Positions 58,699 through 64,000 of a DNA stretch of 64,000 bases are shown here, piece after piece. The stretch is from Planctomycetota bacterium. Lineage in GTDB: Bacteria; Planctomycetota; JAJSAM01; JAJVHW01. Both the position numbers and the translations under genes were made by a program. Under the pieces are notes generated by a model. The model saw nothing but the letters and a program-made list of their open reading frames with translations. It made no database searches and was not told the DNA's origin. Positions within the stretch are counted from its first letter, which is position 1; each line of letters starts with the position of its first letter. The stretch spans positions 1 through 64,000 of the forward strand of contig CBDFJG010000001.1 in assembly GCA_965248445.1 (NCBI GenBank), in the 5' to 3' direction.

Positions 58699-59651
58699 CG
58701 CCCGCCATCGAGACCCGTGGACTCACCAAGGTCTACCGCGGCGTCACCGCCGTGCGCGATCTGGACCTCGTCATCGAGGCGGGCGACGCATTCGGGTTCA
58801 TCGGACCGAACGGAGCCGGCAAGTCGACCACGATCAAGATCCTGGCGACGCTCGTCCGGCCGAGCGGGGGCAGCGCCAAGGTGAACGGGACGGACGTGCG
58901 CCTGTCGCCCGAGCGCGTGAAACCGCAGATCGGCTACATGCCCGACGTGCTGGGCGTTTACGACGACATGCTCGTCGGCGAGTACCTCGAGTTCTTCGCC
59001 GCGGCGTATCGGATCCGCGGGCAGGCACGGGCCAGCAAGATCGACGAGGTCCTCGAGCTGACCGACTTGACCGCGAAGCGCCACGCGCCCGTCATGGGGC
59101 TCTCCCGCGGAATGGGACAGCGGCTCGGACTCGCGCGCTGCCTGCTGCACGATCCGAACGTCTTGCTGCTCGACGAACCGGCCGCCGGTCTCGATCCGCG
59201 GGCGCGCATCGAGTTCAAGGAACTCGTGAGCCACTTGCGCGCGCTGAACAAGACGCTCCTGATCTCGAGTCACATCCTCGGTGAGATCGGAGAGATGTGC
59301 AACACGATCGGGATCATCGAGACGGGGCGTCTCCTATTCGCGGGACCGATCACCGAAGCACGCAAGCGGCTCGGCACCGAACGCGTGGTGCGGGTTCGCG
59401 TGCTCGAGGAGGCCGAGGACGATCGCGAGGTGAACGCGCTGACCGACATCCTGCGCGCACACCCGGAGGTCGAAGCGACCAAGCGCGGCGGTGAAGGAGA
59501 GCTGCTCGTCCGTGTGCGCACCGAGGTCGTCGACATCGCGTTCATCGCCAAGGAAGTCGTGCACGCCGGGCTCAAGCTGGTTCACCTCGAGGAGACGTCG
59601 CTCAGCGTGGAGGACATCTTCCTCCAGGTGACCAAGGGCGAGGTCGCGTAG
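58695..59651 (+). CDS. ABC transporter ATP-binding protein
   Basis: GPNGAGKST, LSRGMGQR, LLLDEP and SSH motifs. Confidence 0.97.
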   Translation: MTPAIETRGLTKVYRGVTAVRDLDLVIEAGDAFGFIGPNGAGKSTTIKILATLVRPSGGSAKVNGTDVRLSPERVKPQIGYMPDVLGVYDDMLVGEYLEFFAAAYRIRGQARASKIDEVLELTDLTAKRHAPVMGLSRGMGQRLGLARCLLHDPNVLLLDEPAAGLDPRARIEFKELVSHLRALNKTLLISSHILGEIGEMCNTIGIIETGRLLFAGPITEARKRLGTERVVRVRVLEEAEDDREVNALTDILRAHPEVEATKRGGEGELLVRVRTEVVDIAFIAKEVVHAGLKLVHLEETSLSVEDIFLQVTKGEVA

Positions 59652-59660
59652 CCCCGGTCG

Positions 59661-61331
59661 ATGAACCTGCCCCGGCCGGCCGCCTGGCGTATGCCGATCG
59701 ACGTGATCGCCGGCACCCGCGCCGTGTTCGAGCGAGACTTCATCGTCTACACGTCGCAACGGCGGTTCATCGTGATGCGCACGATCGCCATCGCGCTCGC
59801 CGCCGCGATCACCGCAGCCGTGCTCCTGGGCAACCTGCGCGCCGAGGCCGGCGCGATGGGCAAGTACATCATGACCAGCATGGCCATCACGGTCCCGGCG
59901 CTCGTGCTCCTGCTCGCCCCGGCGATGGCGGCGTCGTGCATCTCCGGAGAGCGCGCCGTGCGAACGCTCGACCTCGTCCTCGCAGCCCCGGTCACGCCGG
60001 CGTCGTTCGTTCTCGCCAAGTTCGCATCCAGACTCGCGACGGTGCTGGTGATCGTGTTCGCAACGCTGCCCGTGTCCGCACTCGCGCTGCTGTACGGAGG
60101 CGTCGCGCCCGCACTGTTCCTCGAGGTGTACCTCTTCTCGACCGCGTGCGCCGTGCTCGGCGTCGCAGCGGGCGTCGTCAGTTCCGCGTACTCGCGAGGC
60201 GTAGCCGCTTCCGTGCTACGCGCGTACTCGATCGCCATCCTGCTTCCGGGGCTCTACGTCGGGCTGCTCGTGGTCGCGGCCATCGTGCTGCGCAACACGG
60301 GTTGGATGAACAGCCCGGACTTCGAGGCCTTGGTGGCGCCGAGCCCGTACGGCGCGTGGACGTTCATGATCGTGCAGATTCAGGGCGTTGGACTCGCGAC
60401 AGGGGCCGTCGGCGCGGCGAGCGGGATCATGATCGGAGTGTCGGGGGTCTGTCTTCTCCTGGCGATGTGGCGCATGGGCCGCGAGTCCGAGGTGCGCACG
60501 GCGCCCGGGAGGGCAACGAAAGTGCGCAAGTCGCGCGTGCCGCTCGAGCGCCCGGCACTGGCGCGCGCCCTGCGTGGCAGCCTGCTCCTACGGCCGACCC
60601 GGGCCACCAAGCTGTTCACCATGGCGGTGCTGATCGCGTGGGGAATCGTGCTGTGGCTCGTCCTCGAAGAGGGGGGCAACGGCCAGGAGTGGGGACACCT
60701 CGGCATGCTCGTCTCGCTGACGGCGCTGCTGGTGCTACGCGTACTGGCGACGTCGCCGTCCCACCTCGCTGGGGCCCGGCGCGCCGGGAGCATGGCCCTC
60801 ATGCTCACGTCACCGGTCGGCCCAGCCGACGTGGTGCACGACGAGTTCGCGGCGGCGTACGGCAACATGTTGCCGCTCCTGATCCTGGGCGTGCTGCACG
60901 CCGCCGTCGCGACCTTCTTCGGACCGCTGCTGCATGAGGCCGCTCTGGCGTGGCTCGCGACAACGACGGTGTACATCGGCCTGGCCGCCGCGATCGGGCT
61001 GCGCATCGGCGCGACTGCAACGTCCGCCGGCCGCGCGGTCCTGCGCACGTTCGCCGTTTTCCTGGGAGGCAGCGTCCTGATCGGTGTCGCCGGCATCGTG
61101 GTCGGGATGGCGACGAACTCGATGAGTGAAGAGTCCATGTTCTGGTTCGGCGCTGCCCCCGTCGTCACCCTCGTCGGCATGCCGCTCTCCACGCTGGGCG
61201 TGACGCTGTCCACCGGCCGCGATGACCTGGCCGTTCCGATCGCGTGCGGCGGCTGGCTCATCCTGCATGGGCTGTGCATCCCGTTCCTGCTGCGTGCCGC
61301 CGTCTCGAAACTGGGCCAGAACGCGGAATGA
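59661..61331 (+). CDS. ABC-2 type permease (duplicated domain)
   Basis: Many TMs; ISGERAVRTLDLVLAAP...AKF motif. Confidence 0.88.
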   Translation: MNLPRPAAWRMPIDVIAGTRAVFERDFIVYTSQRRFIVMRTIAIALAAAITAAVLLGNLRAEAGAMGKYIMTSMAITVPALVLLLAPAMAASCISGERAVRTLDLVLAAPVTPASFVLAKFASRLATVLVIVFATLPVSALALLYGGVAPALFLEVYLFSTACAVLGVAAGVVSSAYSRGVAASVLRAYSIAILLPGLYVGLLVVAAIVLRNTGWMNSPDFEALVAPSPYGAWTFMIVQIQGVGLATGAVGAASGIMIGVSGVCLLLAMWRMGRESEVRTAPGRATKVRKSRVPLERPALARALRGSLLLRPTRATKLFTMAVLIAWGIVLWLVLEEGGNGQEWGHLGMLVSLTALLVLRVLATSPSHLAGARRAGSMALMLTSPVGPADVVHDEFAAAYGNMLPLLILGVLHAAVATFFGPLLHEAALAWLATTTVYIGLAAAIGLRIGATATSAGRAVLRTFAVFLGGSVLIGVAGIVVGMATNSMSEESMFWFGAAPVVTLVGMPLSTLGVTLSTGRDDLAVPIACGGWLILHGLCIPFLLRAAVSKLGQNAE

Positions 61332-61424
61332 GGGCACCGAACCCCCGGGCTGCGCGTCTGTTAATCTGAGAGGGGGCAGTTCCGCTGCCCCACCGACCTG
61401 CCGATATCAGCCTCAGGAGGGCGT

Positions 61425-63128
61425 ATGTCACGGACCGATCGGCTCCTCGCGCGCGTACGGGCGCGCCTCGTGCTCGTGGGAGCGGCTACCGACCTCCAGC
61501 TCGGCCTCGTGGCCGCTGCGGCCGTCGTACTGCTCGCCGTGCTCGGCCGCGCGTTCGCCGTCGTGGTCCTCGACTGGTCCGTGATCGCGGCGATCGCCGT
61601 GATCGCGCTGGTCATGCTGCCGCTCATCGGCCTGATCCGCCGCCGCCGGTCGCCCGCCGCACTGGCCGCTCACGCGGACCGCGGGCTCGCTCTCTCCGAG
61701 CGCGTCTCCACGGCACTCTGGGCCGAGCGCAACGCCGACGTCGCCGGACCGCTGGCCAGCGAGGTTCGCCGCGACGCCGACGAGACGGCTGCAGAGATCG
61801 ACGGTGCGCACATCCGGCGGGCGTTCCAGCCGCGCCTCGAGCGGCGGCCTCTGCTGGCGGCCGCGATGCTCGTCGCAGTGACCGGCGCGCTGTTGTTCGT
61901 CGGACCGGGCGAGGCATCCGTGATCGAGTCCGGCGAGGACCGCGCCGCGCGTCTCGCCGACGAAGAGCGGATCGCGGACGTGGCACGCCGCATGGCACAG
62001 GCCGCGAAGCGCGTCGAGGACCTTGCCGGGGAGCGCAAGCAGGACGATCTCGCGAAACTCGCCGCCGAGATTGCGAAGCAGACACAGCGGATGTCCGCTG
62101 CCCCCCCACAGCGCCCGAAGGCGCTGCAGAAGTTGAATGAACTGGCCGATCAGGCCCGTGCGACGGCGCGCAAGCGCTCCGGCATGAAGACGCCGACCAC
62201 CGAAGCGGAGGCGCGCGAGGGCAACAAGCAGCTCGCCGATCTGCTCCGGAAGATGAGCGCCTCGGGACTCGAGAACCTGCAGAAGGACCTGAAGCAGCTC
62301 ACCGACCGGCTCGACGCCGGCGAGAAGGGCGACTCGCAGGTCAGTGCCGACGACATGCGCGCGATGGCCAACCGCCTCGATGCGCTGGCTCGCGCCATGA
62401 AGAACGCGGACGCGCTCGGCATGAAGGACCTGCGCGAGCAGCTGCAGTCGATCGGCAACGAGGACCTGCTGCGGAAGATCGCGGAGCGCATGCGCGAAAT
62501 CGCCTCGAAGATGGAGGCCGGCGAGGACTACCAGAATCTCGAGAGTCCCGACGCCAACGACCTGGACATGTCCCAGATGACGCGGGAGGAGCTCGAGGAG
62601 CTTCTCAAGCAGCTCGACGAACTCGCCAACATGGAAGACCTCGCCGAGATGCTCCGCCAGGGCAGCCGCGAGATGTCCGGCGGCCGGCGCATGCGCATCC
62701 CGCAGCCCGGTGGGACCTGAAGCGGCGGTGACGGTTCAGGCGGGACCTGAACAGGCGGCGGATCATCGTCGTGCAGTTCGTGCGGCGCAAGTGGAGCGGG
62801 AGCGGGCCAGGGCAGCGGTCAGGGATCGGGAGCCGGCAGTGGCGGCGGCATGGGCGGACCGGGCACCGGAAACGGCGGCACGGCCCCATTCTCAAACGAC
62901 AAGAACGGCACCAGTCCCGACACCATCCGTGGGCAACTCGATCCGACCGGGCGCATCTCGGTGACCACGTTCCGCGGCCTGCCGCGACCCGGTGAGATCA
63001 CCCCGGAGTTCCGGGCGGAGGTCGAGCGTGCGCGCGCCGATGCACAGGCTCCCTTGGAGTCCGAAGTCATCCCGCGCCGCTATCGCGACGGTATCCGACG
63101 CTACTTCGACGACCTCGAAGACGAGTAA
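61425..63128 (+). CDS. Membrane coiled-coil protein with two in-frame TGA codons; candidate selenoprotein (567 aa if read through)
   Basis: ORFs 61425-62720 and 62850-63128 share a frame; only TGA 62718-62720 and TGA 62748-62750 interrupt a Gly-rich linker; SECIS-like hairpins follow. Confidence 0.7.
62734..62752 (+). promoter_or_regulatory. SECIS-like hairpin
   Basis: GTTCAGG-CGGGA-CCTGAAC; 20 nt lie between the first TGA and the loop. Confidence 0.6.
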
Positions 63129-63131
63129 CGA

Positions 63132-64000
63132 TTGAACGCCGTCTTCGAGCGGGACTACGTCGCGTTCAGTTCGTCCCTGCGATTCCTGCTCCTGCGCGGC
63201 GGATTCGCCGCAGCGATGGCGCTGCTGTTCTTCGTCCGCATAGCCGGCGCGTACTCGGGGAAGGACTGGAGTGACGTCGGCTCCACGTTGCTGACGACCG
63301 CCGTCGCGCTCGGCACCGTGCTGCTCGGCGTCGCGGCCCCCGCGTCGTTCGGCACCGTCTTCGTCCACGCACGCGCACGCAACAGCCTGCCGATCCTGCT
63401 TGCGTCCCCGCTGACGCCACTCGGCATCAGCGCCGGTGCGTTCCTCTCGCGCGCAGGACTCCTCGCGCTCCTCGTCCTGGCGGTTGCACCGCCGATGGCG
63501 CTGGCTCTCGTGTTCGGCGGAGTCCGCGGCGCTCAGCTCGTCGATGCGCTCTTCGCGGTCACGTCGACGATGCTGCTACTCGGGGCTCCGGCGTTCGTCA
63601 TCTCGGCGTACGCGCAACGCACTTCCTCGGCGGTCGTCACGGCGTATCTGATTGCGGTCTCCGTCCTCGCGGGCACATGGTTCATGGGAACCTGGATCAC
63701 GAAGGTGACGAGCGATGCCGCCCTCGCCGCCGCGGTCTCACCGCTGCACGCCTACGACGCGGCGATCTCGTTCGAGCGGCTGCCTCCGGCGGCTTTCGGA
63801 TTCTTGTCCGGTCCGTTCGTGCTGCTCGTGCTGTCCCTCTGCGTCGCTGCGGGCGCGATCTTCGTCGCCGCGTTGCGGCTGCGCCGCGAGGCAACCGGCG
63901 CCGTCTCGCGGACCGATCTCCTGACGCGCCGCCAGTGCCGTCCGCTCCGTCGCGAGAACCCGGTGCTCGACCACGAACTGCGACGGGGCAAGTTCCTGCG
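63132..64000 (+). CDS. Second ABC-type permease (partial, runs off the window)
   Basis: TTG start; NAVFERDYVAFSSSLRFLLLR resembles AVFERDFIVYTSQRRFIVMR of the 59661 permease; SLPILLASPLT motif. Confidence 0.8.
   Translation, partial: MNAVFERDYVAFSSSLRFLLLRGGFAAAMALLFFVRIAGAYSGKDWSDVGSTLLTTAVALGTVLLGVAAPASFGTVFVHARARNSLPILLASPLTPLGISAGAFLSRAGLLALLVLAVAPPMALALVFGGVRGAQLVDALFAVTSTMLLLGAPAFVISAYAQRTSSAVVTAYLIAVSVLAGTWFMGTWITKVTSDAALAAAVSPLHAYDAAISFERLPPAAFGFLSGPFVLLVLSLCVAAGAIFVAALRLRREATGAVSRTDLLTRRQCRPLRRENPVLDHELRRGKFL

Noticed and set aside
62850..63128. Independent 92-aa gene
   Set aside because: No SD, starts within a Gly-rich linker and is in frame with the upstream gene; better explained as its C-terminus.

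Overview
GC-rich bacterial window; the HEAT, TPR and ABC gene types suggest Planctomycetota, which is inference only. It has three parts. (1) 1-15.8 kb is the late region of an HK97-like siphovirus prophage, running from the capsid end through head-tail joining, tail tube, frameshifted chaperone, tape measure, tail tip, HNH, holin-like gene and lipoprotein, with no recognisable endolysin. (2) 15.9-35.8 kb is a heavily IS-invaded accessory zone with three copies of one IS1380 element (a fourth lies at 39.7 kb), a second IS1380 type, two single-gene IS66 elements, and IS3/IS256 remnants. It carries two inverted, diverged copies of an unknown two-gene secreted module and ends at a half tRNA-Val followed by tRNA-derived repeats. 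(3) 35.8-64 kb holds host-like genes: SGNH/YfhO, Lon-like protease, SNF2, HEAT, TldD/TldE, TPR and an ABC operon. The top finding is the membrane coiled-coil gene at 61425. It continues in frame through two TGA codons 30 nt apart, each followed by a SECIS-like hairpin, into a Gly-rich CxxC linker and a plausible family C-terminus, making it a candidate unannotated two-selenocysteine protein. All family assignments come from motif recognition by eye, not from database searches.
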